A stretch of 64,000 bases of DNA from Octopus bimaculoides (taxonomy: Eukaryota), in NCBI RefSeq assembly GCF_001194135.2, contig NC_068987.1, forward strand, positions 12,502,676 to 12,566,675. Direction: 5' to 3'. Numbering within the stretch: the stretch's first letter is position 1; every line of letters starts with the position of its first letter. The notes under the pieces were generated by a model. It was not told the origin of the DNA, did no database searches, and was given only the letters and a program-made list of their open reading frames with translations. This document shows positions 25,101-40,000 of this stretch, one piece after another. Position numbers and translations under genes: made by a program.

Positions 25101-28100
25101 GTAATGAAATCAGAAGCAAACAGAAAAAGACTTAGATATGCTTTGTTATTTTGTAGATTCTGTTGACTCAATTTATGCCTTCTTAAATAATTTGATATTA
25201 ATACATTGGTAATGATGAAATTATAACAGTAAGAAGAAAAAGAGATGAAGAAAAAGACGATCCAACTACTTTGGTTCTATCAGATGGTTTTATAAACTTC
25301 GCCTTTTTGCTAAAATTATATTGTAGACTGCATAAATACCAGTTGTACTATGTGGAGTGTATTAGTTTTTCGTTCATATTAAATTTAGCTTGAATTCTTT
25401 CTTTTACTGCAAGTTTCTTTCCTGTGTTTTAATATTCTGAAATAGTATCTATTGCTTTAATTTTTCGTTATCAAGATTTGTTTTGCAAATTATTGTTCAC
25501 TGGAAACGACTGTCTAATAAAAGATATTGCAAGTATTTTCATGTCCTAGACCGGGACTGCCATGTTATGTTGGCAAACAATCTTTACTCCAAAGTACTGT
25601 TGCTGAATATCTCTCGTTGTGAGATTTAAAAATAGTAATTTTCTATTTTCATGTCATTGACTTTTTGTGATTCTTTTTTCAAAATTATTAAATACCACTA
25701 AAGTATTTTTAGTTAACTTTTAGTTAACTTTTCCATAAATTTAAGATGACAATTAAAACATCTCTTTTAAAAGGATGTTCTATAGACTTTAAAATTTGTG
25801 ATTAGTTTAATTCAGTTTCACTTCATAGTATATTATTATTCATATGTATGTAACTGTTAAATGGTAAATCCAAATATAAATGTGTACATCGATTTCTGAC
25901 ATACTCTAAGCTAAGCTGATATGGAAAATGTGCTTATTTATTGAGAGATTTACAGCAGAAGATAAATGTCTTTCCTCGAGAGTAACAGGGATATAAGTGA
26001 AATAAAATTAACATATATCACTCAAGACTACATCAAGAACTCTGCCTGCAGGAAATATGTCTACTCTAATTCACTAATTTAATAAAGTAATCTTTTAAAA
26101 GTAAGCCATGAAGGATATCTCTCAATATTATGTAATCATTTGAAATTAGAATCATTTTATGGGTGATTATTTACATGTTTAGTTAACCCACTAAGATTTG
26201 AATAAAACAGTGAATATTATGTGTATGTATATAATATATATGTATATATACATATACATATTGTGAATATACATATATATATAACTCAGATATAATAAAT
26301 TGATCATTATAATAAGTTCATAATTATATGTAAAAATTATTAGATTAGTTGGTAGTTTTGAAATGTATGATAACTAAATAAGATATATGGGAAACCAATA
26401 AATGAATAATTAATTATCAGTTGTAGTGGTCACTGTATATGTCAAATGTAACAAAATAGTCACATGATTTAAGTCCATTTCTTCCTTGAAATAAATTTAG
26501 GAGTAAACTTTGCATTATTTACAGACTACAAATGAAGAACATAACTGTTAATACATTCATCTTTGAAAAAAAAAATTTAATGTTCTTTTATCAAGTATAT
26601 CATTAACTAACTGAAAATGTTTATTTTCTATTTATTTACTTGTATGATCTTTCTAAAATTTTCACTGGCTGTCATTTTACTTTTCCTTTTGTCTTTATTA
26701 AATTCATAAAGTTGCTCATCTGTTATTTTGCCAATTATGCTAAATATTCTCTATTGTAACATGTAAATTCCAAGCTTATTTGTTTCAAATTATTTAAAAG
26801 AATATGCATCGAAAAATACTGGAAAATTTAATTCTCTGCCTCATTATTAAAATTTTTAATTCTTTAAAACATTTTTATTTTTTAACAATGTTTATATATA
26901 TATAGAATAATTTCTATAATGCAATCAAAGGAGAATCTTAAGCTCATATCAGCATAATTAACGTAGGTGATTTTATTGTTAAATACACTATCAATACATC
27001 ATCTTGAATTACACTAACGTTTTTAATAAATGCTTGCAAATTCAAAATCAATTTTGGTGTGTCAAATGCCATAAAGAATATAAATAATCTGATTAAGTTC
27101 AAAATAGTGGAAAATTGTGAAAGCATTTCAGAATATTTAGTACCACAATTCTATTCATAGGAAAGAATTGTATTATATATTCAGTGTTGTGTATTTAAGC
27201 ATATCACATGACTTTACTTTATCAAGAATCACCCAACATAATCTCTTTTAGAACATATTTATAACATTTTTTTAAAAATTTTACCTTTGCCTATTCTTTA
27301 AGTAAAAATTGTTTACTTTCTATTCAAAAACCAATTTCTACCTGAACTTTTCCACTAAGTTTGCAAAGTTTGTATCTGTGTAGATCCTATTCCCTTCCCT
27401 TTTCACCTGTATATTGAACTTGGACATCTACAGCAAAGACTTTTAACTACTCTAGTGGAAATATATGTCTTTAAGATCATATGTTTCCACTATCAATCAC
27501 CTTACTTTCTCAGTTATCAGCAATTATTCAAGCATGCATACTCACCATGAAAAGAAATCATTAAAATATTCAATTGCAGGGCCTTGACACCTTAGAACCA
27601 TTTAAAAACACTAAAATACATTTGTGATATATTGTAAACAAACATTTAACACTACTGGTTCAGATATCCAAACTCAATTGTGACTTAAATAAATCCTGAA
27701 AAATCTACCATGGATATTCTACATTACAAAGACTACCACAAAAATTCATTTTCTTCCTTCAGGCCAATATTTGATCTCTGACCAACTGCTAATATTTAAT
27801 ACTGCTCAAACATGACAACACTTCCTTCTCTATCTCCCACACACTTACACACATGAAACAATGAATCCCATACATTTGCCACATACAAGAAAATTTCACC
27901 ATCTTTAATGTGTTATTCATCAACACCTAACACATAAAATTAAATTTCTGTTCCCCATTTCTTTTTACAATAGGTGCAAGGGGTCTTTCTATTTTTCATT
28001 ATATCACCTCCATCTTAACCCATGTGATGAACTTTCTTCTTTCCCATCTGGTACACCCAATGAGTTTCTTCTACACCCTGCACTAAGGAACCAATTTTCT

Positions 28101-31100
28101 TTTTTTTTTTTTTTCAAAGATGCATCTTTTCAACAGCTAACTTGCAGTCCAGAACCTGCATTAAAGAGCCAGATTCTTTCCCCAGAGATGTAGCTTTTCT
28201 ACCACTAACTTATAATATTTAAAATCAAACATTAACAACACCTATCTTAACCATACAACAATTAACGAGAAAATTGAAACAGAAAGGCCCCAGTCATGGG
28301 AATCTTATTGTTTTTCTAGGATTCTTGATTAACCCCCAGTTATAAATAATAAAAGTTTTGGGGGAAAAGGGAAATACAATAAAATAGAAATACCATATAC
28401 TGGATAAACTATCTATTTTAGAATCTACAATATCTACATTTTATATGAGAATCTGCAGAATAAGATTCATTACTTAGAATACCCAGTGAGGTTTGAAATT
28501 GCCTTCACTGTCATATATTTTTGTCATCGTTTCTGATAATAACTAGAAAAATTTGCAATTTTTTTTAGATTTCAAATTGTCACTTATAAGAAATTTAGGA
28601 AATAAAATTAAGTAATTCTTTTAATGGATAAAACGAAGGCTCTAAATTAAAAGAAATATATATATATTATACTGCATATTAGGTATATAAAGTATACATT
28701 TTAGAACAGTTTCTCTATCAATTTTATATTTACAAGGAAATATTAACTACTTCTATATTGCCACCTATCTTCTCTCTATATCCTTCTCCTCTTATGCTTG
28801 TACATCAATACATTAATTACTTTCATTATATATGAAACAGAAACATACCAGTAATGCTTAAAACAGTCATATATTTTCATCTAAATGAAATAAATAAAGT
28901 TAATAAAATACAAGTCCATTGTATAAAAATTACATTGTCTATTTATTAAAAAAAGTCAAACTTTTAAATTGTGTATCATATTATGTTAACTCTGATGTTC
29001 ATATGTCCTCCATTGATTTTATGTATGTTTTGGTCTGTCATCAGCATGCAACACACTGAATAACTGATGAACATTTTTGAGTGAATGAAACAAGCTAATA
29101 ACATTAGTTGCATGTGGATGACAATGAAAATGTTTTTATGAAGTAGTTTGGCTTTCAGGTAGTGAATTTCTCATTAAAATTTTGAATAGTTCCTCATTAT
29201 CTATATTAACCAAATATTTATTTTTCATTATATACCCTCATCAATGGTTAGATATTTATATAAAAGGTTGAAACAAATTAATATCAAACAGAATTGCTTT
29301 AGTAAAACTCTTCTGCTTCTGCTAAGTCTATCCAAGCTTAATTTATTAAGCATCACTTAATTCAGTTAGTTTTTTTTATATATATATATACATCTGTATC
29401 AGAGTTGTATTTTCATAGATCTCTGTGATCGATTACATTGTTGTCCAGTTTTAGTTCCTGCGACATTAAATAGATAAAAGATAAATTCATTTTTTGGCAG
29501 AATGTTGATCTATAAGAGCATAGGTATTGGCCTGGTTAACCAAATTAGACCCCTTAGTAGTATATACAGAGATATTACAGTATCATCAAATATCATAAAC
29601 CTCACCTAATGTGGAAGGCTGTTTTTATCAATATATCTATATTAGTCAAGACAAACATACACAACTATGCCCACCACTTATGACATAGAATTACAATTCT
29701 TGTAATTTGACACTTTTTGTAGTAGTATAAATAGCTCTCTCTGATCAGTGCTGAGCAGGGAACAAACTGACCTTGACCAATGATTGTTAATTTTCTAGTG
29801 TAGTTGCTGATTATGCAGTACACTATAAGGCAGATGGACTCAGCTATTGAGAGTTATATTTTAGCTACATGTACACAGAACACTATTATTGACAGAATGT
29901 GAACTGCCAGCCTTTCAGCTCTTGATTTAGCATTTATGCTCTCAGTTTGCATTGCACCTATCTACGTCTGTGAAATGTTTTACATAACAAAATTGTTACA
30001 ACTTATCAATAAAATCTATCTTCTTTCATTCTCTAACTTTATTTATACAGCTACACGTATATTTACCCAAGAATTCAGGGGAAATAGTCTTTAGATCATC
30101 AACATAGCTTGTATTAACAAATATAAAGATATAATTTATTTGTATATAGGCATGTGGTTTATGCAGTTTAACACCCAAGAGATAGGGAGTAATGCATTAA
30201 TTTATTTTCCAAGGTTTTAATGACAAAGCTGAAGTAGGGCGACTCCAAATGGGAATAAAAGTGTCATAGACATTTCTTTTTAGACCTAACTGCTACCCTA
30301 GGGTTCTTGATCCTGATTTACAATTATAAATCATTTATGATAATATAAATGTTTTAAGAAAATAATTTGAGATTTTTAGCTCAGAGACCTTCATTACCTG
30401 AGGCCAAATTTAATTGTCTAATTATGAGACATGACATGATATTTTATTTTTTCATTATTAAACAATGAACATGCCAAGTACATAATGAAAGCATCCATAC
30501 TAAATATATACGAAATAAAATAGTTAGTATGCATTATGATATTTGAATAGGATATTACATCCTACTGCTATTATTTCACGCTGTTTATGGAACTGTCATG
30601 AAAGTTAAATATGCTTAATGGTTCAAATGTATTGAATGATTATTTTATTTCTTCACATCCATTTCGAATTTTTTCTAAAATTCAAAATAAAACTTGATCC
30701 CACTGAAAAATATCACTATCATATAATAATTAATTCACATAAATATATAAGTATAATAAGAGTCGTATCTAAAAACGTATTTTGATGTGTTATATTGCCT
30801 TTCCAAATACTGAATGTGTCACCTACCTTCAGCCAAGCATGATCAATTGCTTCATGAACAGTTAACCTTTTCCTGAAAAAGAAACAAATGAAACCAATGA
30901 ACATGTCTTAACACTCTCTTTTACTCTCTTTTACTTGTTTCAGTCATTTGACTGTGGCCATGCTGGAGCATCACCTTTAGTCGAGCAAATCGACCCCGGG
31001 ACTTATTCTTTGTAAGCCTAGTACTTATTCTATTGGTCTCTTTTTGCCGAACCGCAAATGAGAGATATTTTGGTTTGATTAGCTGTTGACAGAGCAAGAA

Positions 31101-34052
31101 AAAACAAAGAACTATGCAAGTTACCTTTTCAAAGATTTCAATAATGCACTGTAGATTATTTTGTAACCTTTTGTGATTTATATCAATTTTTGTTTTTATC
31201 TTTGGACTCATTCTTCCTTGACACTCAATTATCATTTAGATAATATTTTTATGATGATACAATTACAGCAACAGTCTTTTCAATATGACACGCTCTGGAT
31301 TGAATCTTTTATCTAGCATGTTAGGAAGTTAACTATTACCTAATCCATGCAGATAAACAAGGATAGGAATAAGTAAAATAACAGAATTTCAAAAGAATGA
31401 GAATACTTACGCTGGATTTCTGAGCAAAAGTCTTTTGATGAAGTCTTTTGCCTCTGCAGAAACATTGCTAAATGCTTCTTCATCAAAGTCCCAATCACAT
31501 CTTTTGACATTCTGTAGAGTCTCCAAGTCATCCTCCCCAGCAAAAGGTGATAATCCACTCAACCTGTTCATAGATAAAAAAAAAATATTTATTAGACTAA
31601 AATGTATATCACAAATCAAAGTGATACTTTTATAATTTTAATTTCTGTTTATATAACTTCAAAAATAAATATAAACATACTTAAAATGCATTGTATAGTT
31701 AAGGAATATCCAAAGTGTAATCATAAGTACAACTTTAATCATCATCATCATCGTTTAACGTCTGCCTTCCATGATAGCATAGGTTGGACGATTTGACTTA
31801 GGACTGGCGAACCAGAAGGCTGCACCAGGCTCCAATCTGATCTGGCAGAGTTTCTACAGCTGGATGCCCTTCCTAACGCCAACCACTCCGAGAGTGTAGT
31901 GGGTGCTTTTACGTGCCAACGGCACAAAGGCCAGTCAGGCGGTACTGGCAATGGCCATGCTCAAAATGGTGTATTATACATGCCATCTGCACAGGAACCA
32001 GTCCAGTGCCACTGGCAACGACCTCACTCGAATGTTTTTTTCACGTGCCACTGGTACAAGTGCCAGTAAGGCGACGCTGGTAACGATCACACTCAAATGG
32101 TGGTGTTTATGTGCCACTGGCATGGAAGCCAGACAGCTGCTCTGGCAATGATCACGCTCAGACGGTGCTCTTAGCGCTCCACTGGCACAGGTGCCAGTCA
32201 TCGAATTTGGTTCAATCACAATTTTAATGTTAAAGTTATTTGACTTGAAATGTTAGATTTTAACTTTGAAACCGAAAATGATTTTCCTTTTTAAACATGT
32301 ATCAAAAGTGTTATTATTATAAGTTTCACAAATTATAACTTCCATTATAATATTCTTACAAAATTTACTTACAAAACATAGGCAAGTACTCCAACTGCCC
32401 ACATATCTGTGTAGAAGCCGACAGCTTCTCTATCAACAATTTCTGGAGCAGCAAACTCTGCAGTGGCTGTTGTAACTTTAACAATTTCATCAGGGTTTAA
32501 TTTTGTTGCCAGACCAAAATCTATGATTTTAACTTGTGTGCTTTTCTTTGTTTCACACATGATGTTTTCTGGCTGTAATGTAGAATAAAAACAGCATTTT
32601 ATTTTTAAAAGTATTAGAATACCACAATCACAAAGCATTCAATGAAAAAAAAGTCCTAAATATGAAGGGGGATTTCTTTGTGATGAGTACATTCATTCAA
32701 GCATGTCTGCTCGTAGGAATATTGGTGTTTACAGTTTCAGTTCACATGTTGCTTGCCATTTGTCTAGTAGACATCATAATCCACTTTTTAAAATAAACCC
32801 ACAACAAATCATGTGCCACCTCAATGTCCACATTTGTTCTGCCCTACATTGGATAAAATTGTCACATATAAATAACCCAAGATAAAACTTTGGACATTTC
32901 CAATGAATTATCAAGTTACCAAGACCAGCTAAGGTTTGACCCCTGAACCTACAAAAATCCTCTACAAAAATTGAGCTCACATTATATAACAATATTGTGA
33001 CACAACATTTTTATTTCGGCTGATCTTGTTTCATTCAATGTAATTCCAAAATAAATTGATGAAAAAAGACTCTAACGTTTAGTCAGTATCTGGACAAATT
33101 CCTCCAAGAAATACCAGACAAACTTCCGCTACCCAGATACATCTCTGTAAACAATATCTTCCAACTCAAGTGGTCTATGAAGTCACAAAACATGAGTTAA
33201 AGGACTATTGCAAATGGTGCTATTAAGTTAAAGATGACCTGGGCTTAACATGGCCAAGATCTAAGTTATCTTACTTAAAACACTATCTGTCACAACTCAA
33301 TATACAATTGTATTAGTTTGCTCTTCTTTTTAACAAATAATATCTAAAAGATTTTCATTAGCATATGTTACATAGGAAATTATTATTATCACACAGCGTT
33401 TAAACAGAAAAAAATTCCTCAAAGAAATGTAAGATAAACTTTTGAAATATCTGAAAAGCGTTTCATCTAGAAAAGCGTTTTTAATAAATAATTTATAAAT
33501 TATGATCTAAATATTTGATACTGAAAAATGAAAAATTTTTATATATATTTTTAGTATATACATGCTTTATTTTATTTTTTGTTATTGTTTTGTTTCTCCA
33601 CTTACCTTAATATCTAAGTGGACAATGCTGTTTTCGTGCATATGTTTAAGACCTTCACAGACTTGTCGCATATAATTGATAACTTCTGCTTCAGACATCT
33701 TATAATCTTCAGCTGCAATTCTATCGAAAAGCTCTCCTCCAGAAAGACTATAAAAAGAATTGAAATTATTGTTTGAATTCAAGTAAAAGTTATTATTTCC
33801 TAAAATATAATCCAATCTTTGTAAACACAAGTATATTTTTTCTTGTTTATTTAACATTTTTGCTAGGTTAAAGCAATTCGCCATGAGAGAATTGGTATTA
33901 ATAACAGATTACAAAAATTAACAAAATACTTCATTCATCACAAATAGTATAGTAGTTTCTATATTGATCACTTTTTAATTATAGTTATTTTTAAGGTAAC
34001 AAAACCATTGAAATTACACACACAATACATGCATACACACACACACACACAC

Positions 34053-34095
<43 letters not shown>

Positions 34096-37000
34096 CACAC
34101 AAACACACATATATTTGTGTATGTATACATACATACATACATACATATATTTGTGTATGTTTGTGTGCACTCATTCCATATACAGACTTGAATATCCAGT
34201 ATCACCAGGAGTTTCTATAATTATTTCCAAATATTTGGCTGACATTTATGTAGAAAAGGGATGCATACTTATTGGTAAAAAGGTATTTAATCTTAAAAAT
34301 AAAAGGCAGTCAAAACTCACATGTTCATTAAGACAAAGACACAGAGACAAATCACACACCCAAAGGAGGTATAATTGTAATAGTTTCTAAATGAACTGAT
34401 AAACAGCCTATACTTACAACTCAAAAATTAGCACCATTTCATATTTATCATCAAAAGCATCATGTAAATTCATGAGCTGGGGATGATGTAAGTGATTCAT
34501 CACATTAATTTCATTTCTAACAGTTACCTTATCCAGAGGATAAGGTGTGTTGATGAATTTAGCAACAAAAACTCGACCAGTTGACTTCTCAATGCAACGA
34601 TGAACAACACCAAATGCTCCACTAGAAAGAATAAGATAAACAAAGTATTATTTACTACATGTATTCCTCAGATTTTCCAAATTATATTCTTGGACTATAG
34701 TACATTCAGTACATATCACATACATTTAAATAGAAATTCTTTACATTTAGGTTTTGAATTTAAGAAATATGTTTCAATTATTCATCACTATATATGAAAT
34801 AAAGAATTACAGGATAGTAATTAATTATAAGATACTCTATCAATAATATAGGATTTTGTAATTAATATAAAACATACTACAATATAATATCTCTCTAAAT
34901 TAAGTTTCAATTCTCTACAAATTCCACCACAAGGTCCAGTATTTGTGCAGCATGTTGGCTTGTGTACCTCAATGATCCTGGAAGCTATGCCAGCAGAGCA
35001 CTAGCTTTTGGTAGGTCCACCTGAGCTGGACATGTTAAATGATAGAGGCCAGTCTGATATGGACCACTTCATCCCAGAGGTGAAAATGGATTTGTGTAGG
35101 GCCAACATCCAAACCTAGAGAAAAAGCAAAATAACAGAAGTGCTGTTGACAGTTAAAAGCCAACAAGACCCAGGAGAGGGAGACCTTAAAAGGCAGCACT
35201 GGGTTAAGATTAGTGGAGACGAGTTGTCGATGGTCTACGTTTCACAGGAAGTAAGTCTTTACAAATTAAAAATAATTTTGAAACTTTACTGTGTCTAAAC
35301 AAAACATTTACCTTCCTAATTCTTCAAGAATATCATAATAATCATATACACTTCCTGATTTGATCTCAACAGGTTGTGGGACATATTTCTTCCAAATATC
35401 TTCGTCTATATAATTTCAAATAAGAAAAATATCATTAATTTATTATATGTTATAATAGTGATAAAAGTTTACAAAAGTCAAAGTTAACTCCATTAAAAAT
35501 CAGTACAAGATGAAGACTTTTAGTCATAGAAGTGATAGCTGTGCATTGTATATTTTATATTGTAAAAAATGTATTGCTTACTGGTTGTTGTGTAAATACT
35601 AATTTTAAAAAAATGTTTATCATTTTGTCTAAAACAAAATATTTTGTGCATTCTACTCTGTAGTAGCAAAGTATACACTTTTTAGTACATCATTAATGTA
35701 GACTAAGCATATGAGAAGCAAAACAAGATACTGTGTGATAGGTGATAGGTTTATCACACCAGCCAGTTTAAGATCATCATCTGATTCCCTTTAATGCTTT
35801 TAGTAGTACGATGTATGTAAACAAACAAAGTTTGCTTTTTTAGAAGCATTGAGATGTATTGCCATATACAGATATGGAAATATTTTACTCTCAAATGCAT
35901 AATAATGATGCTGAATAGCATAAATAAGATAGAACATCCTTATATTTCACATATAGTGTCTATAAAAGCTTTATTTATAAGTTCAAAAATTGCAGAAGAA
36001 TTTGCTTGTAGGCAGTTTAGCTTAAAGGTAAAGTATCATGACCAGTAGTCACAGGGATGTGAGTTCAAGTCTCATGGATGGCTTCTAACAAATTTTTCTG
36101 CAATATAAGGTTGCTTTTAGTAGTGTTTACTCTACTGCAAGCATCTGAACAAACTACTGGTTTCTTCCTCAGTTGTTTTATTTTGCTTTTTTATTACAAG
36201 GATTGACTTGCAGATATTCAAGCTCTGGGCATCAGCCACTTTGATCTCACCAGTAAGGTAGGGGCAGGGATCTGCAAAAGCTATTTGTGCTCTACCTCTT
36301 CCTCTTCATATATTTAGTTCAAATTCAAATCTTTAGTGAATGAATTTGATCCTTAATATAATCACAAATAATAAACAGGTTCAGATAATTTATGAAATAT
36401 TCCTTAGCAAGAAATTGGTCTATGTTAAGGATAATGAAATTGATATATTTGTGAATAAATTTTTAAATACTTACAGAATTTATCATAATCATTGATCTTT
36501 GGTCCTGTATAGCTGGATCGGATCTTACGACCAAATTCGTCTGGAAAAGTAAAAATAAAATTAAGCATCAGAATAAGAGTGCTTACAGAATTCGATCAAG
36601 TACATTTTTTTTTTCCATTTTTAAATGAAAAAATTAATTCCTTAATACCTTCACGCTGCTTCTTCTTCTTAACATCTTCTGGAATATCAGTACGAATAGC
36701 TTCTGTTTCTTCACAAGGATCACTGCGTCCATAAAAGTTTTCAGCAATGACTCTAAATTCATATTCTTTTTCATTTGACAACCCCGTAATGTTGTGGAAG
36801 GACATTCTGTTATGAAAGAAGTTTACTATGTATAAATCTGATCTATAACATGTTAATTTTTAAATCAATAAATAATTCTAAGATCAATTGTTAATTTTTT
36901 TTTTGTCACTAAAATTCTTCTGGTATTTAAATTATGTCTACATAATATTAACTATATAGTATTTTTTCATAAACTTTAAACCTTTAGATTTGAAGGACAG

Positions 37001-40000
37001 CTTTTCTTTTTCTTTTTTGCATGTATTAATATTTAAACCTGATTGACATAGGTTTTAATGGTGTTTTTCACCCTTTCCATCAAAGTTGGAAATTTAATAA
37101 AGATTGACAGTATCATTCATGAATAAAGTCAGTTTAGAAAACGCTAATAATTATGAAATACCATATTTACTCATGCATAAGTTGCATTTGTGTATATGTC
37201 TCATTCATGTCTAAGTAATACCCTTAATTTAGTATTAAATCTTGATACACATTTTTTCCCCTACATAGGGACCCAGATTTTCCAGTTAAATTCAAGTATA
37301 AAATAGTATGACTTAAACACAAGTAAATATAATAATTTTTTTTTTTTTTTTTTTCTGAAATTTTCGTAGTTAACCCTAAGATCCAAATGAGCTTCATATC
37401 AAACATTTATACTGAGCTGAGTAACTACAATAAATATCAAAAACAATGATTGTAGTCAGGGCAGGGACTGTTAGAATGTCAGGCAAGAGACCTTATGGTA
37501 TCTCTCATGGCACTGTATTCAAATAGTAGTACCTGTGATGACGCTGGTGACACATTGTATTGGCTCAAGTCAGCAGTCTTCCCCAGCGGAGGAGAGATAG
37601 TCTTTAACAATCTTCTGCATTGCATATGCATGCAGATTCATCATTCAACTTTAAGCAACAACAGCCTAGACTCTCTTAAATATTAGATCAAATATTAGGT
37701 TAAAAAGTTAAGTAAAATAATGGAATAATGTTAATGACCATTACATAGAGAACAGGTAAATTCCTAATTAAAAGAGTCCATGACGTATTTTCATTTCAAA
37801 ATTACTTATTAATCTACTTCATTTAATAATCTCCTTGCTAAAAATTTATGTCATAGTTAGAGTGTCACTTATATATAAGTGTAAGGCCTATTTTACACTT
37901 ATGTAAAATATTAGGGTAAAAAATATTAGCACAAATTACCTTGTAGATGCACATTTAACCCAGTTTTGATGTGGTGGTTCTCGTTTCTCAATGATATAAT
38001 CTGTAATAAAGCTACCTCCATCATTCAATGGTGGTTTCCATGACAATACAACAGAATCATCTCGAATGTTTTCAACAACTGGGAATCTTGGTGGATCAGG
38101 TCGATCTAAAACAAGAAAAATTTTTAAATGACACCTTCACATAATATCACTAAAAATAATTCTAGCGATTAAAATCAAAGAATACAGGATTTTTAAAGTT
38201 AATATTTTATTATTACCACTTGGGGAAACTTATTATCAAGTGGTTTGCAATCTAATTCAGATTGACACCTGAAGAGACTGGATTCTTTCACCAAGCCATT
38301 AATAAGGATTTTTTTTTTCATTTTTCTTGAGGAAATTGGGTGTGAGGTTAGTTTGATATTCTTATCCATTTTTATTAAAATAAATAAAAAATTTTAATAT
38401 TGTTATCACAATTTTATTATTATTATTATTATTATATCAAATTTTTTATTAGGATATTATTTTATTAAGATAATTTTTGTAACTTGTGGCTATTAATAAC
38501 ACCTCAACATTCCACTATTCCAGCTGTTTTCAAGGGATGCAAAAGGTTTTGGTGCCATTTATTTGACATCCCTAATTCAACACTGACTTATTTGACACCA
38601 GACATTTTAATGTTTCTCCCTTTCGCTTTTTGCATGTGTGTTTGTGTGTGGTTATGTGTGTGAACATAATTCTCTACGTGTATATGCAGAGAGAAATTGT
38701 TCCTGTCACTCATGCTCATGTCTCTCTCTTTCTCCTCACCTCTCTCTCTCCTCACCTCTCTCTCTCCTCCAAAGTTGAAACAAAGGTTCTTACCGTTAAT
38801 TTGAATCTTTATAATTGCACTGTCAGCACCAAGATCATTCTCTAAGCTAAGCCTATAGGGTCCATCATCGTCCTTGTTTGCATCTTTGATTGTAAGGATA
38901 GCATGTCTGTCGGTGATTTCTACATGATAATGAGCACCACGGAGTTCTTCACCATCACGGATCCACTTCACTGTTGGTTTAGGGTTGCCAGTGAAAGGTA
39001 TTTTCAATACTACAGATTCGCCCTTTTCAAAGGTTGAGATGTCACGGAAACGAGGTGGTACATTTATCTTGGGAGAAGCTAAAATGGGAAATATGGAAAA
39101 ATATTATAAAGAGTAAACAAGAATGAAAAAGCTTTGAATTAGTTTTAATTAATGATTTCTTTATCATAATAGTTTCAAATTTTGACAAAAGGTAAGTAAT
39201 TTTAGGAGAGGGGTAAGTCAATTGTACCAACCCCCAATATTTCATAGGCGTTTATTTCATTAACCCTGAAAGATGAAAGACAAAGTCGAACTCTGCAGAA
39301 TTCAAACACTGAGCATAATGAGCCAGAAGAAATGCTGCTAAGCATTAGGCCCAACAGACTAACAATTCTTCCAGCTTGCCTTCCTTCGTCGTAATAATGA
39401 TCTGAATTAAATAACAAAAAGTACATTGCATCGATAGCCAGCTAGACAAGGCTTCCTCTTGAGGTGAAAAAATGGTAGTGACATTGGTTTGTAAAGAATA
39501 GCCAAGTTGAAGCGGCAGCAAACATTACTTCTCTGTGTAGTTATTACTTTTATCTCTTATAGAGATTTTCTAACTAGCAACTTTGCTTGTTGCAACATCA
39601 GTGACTGATTGTCATTTTTCTTTTATATATTGCGAGCAGACAGGTGTCCAGTACTGAGGATGGGCAAAAATAGCCTGAAACTGGACAGTCTGCTGGTCCT
39701 GTCAAGTAGCAAGAAGATGGTAAGGGTTCACTCCCTTGCTTGCAATATATATTGAGTGCAGACTGCATTAATAACCAGTTAGAGGAGGCTTCTTTTTGAA
39801 GTTAAAACTGGTAGTAATATCTGTATGGAGCCATAAGGCTGCAAGCTGGCAGAAACGTTAGAATGCCAGGTGAAATGCTTAGTGGTATTTCGTCTGTCTT
39901 TACATTCTGAGTTCAAATTCCACCGAGGTCGACTTTGCCTTTCATCCTTTCGGGGTCAATAAATTAAGTACCAGTTGCATACTGGGGTCGATCTAATTTA

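Noticed and set aside
25381-25440. Minus-strand KERIQAKF resembling the CRD helix KIKEKY, a possible duplicated CRD exon
   Set aside because: In-frame stop just upstream and no usable acceptor/donor pair in that frame; the true CRD exon is at 7376-7453.
30066-30110. Segment with a good donor (TGG|gtaaat) near the kinase end
   Set aside because: No acceptor gives an open phase-0-to-0 exon.
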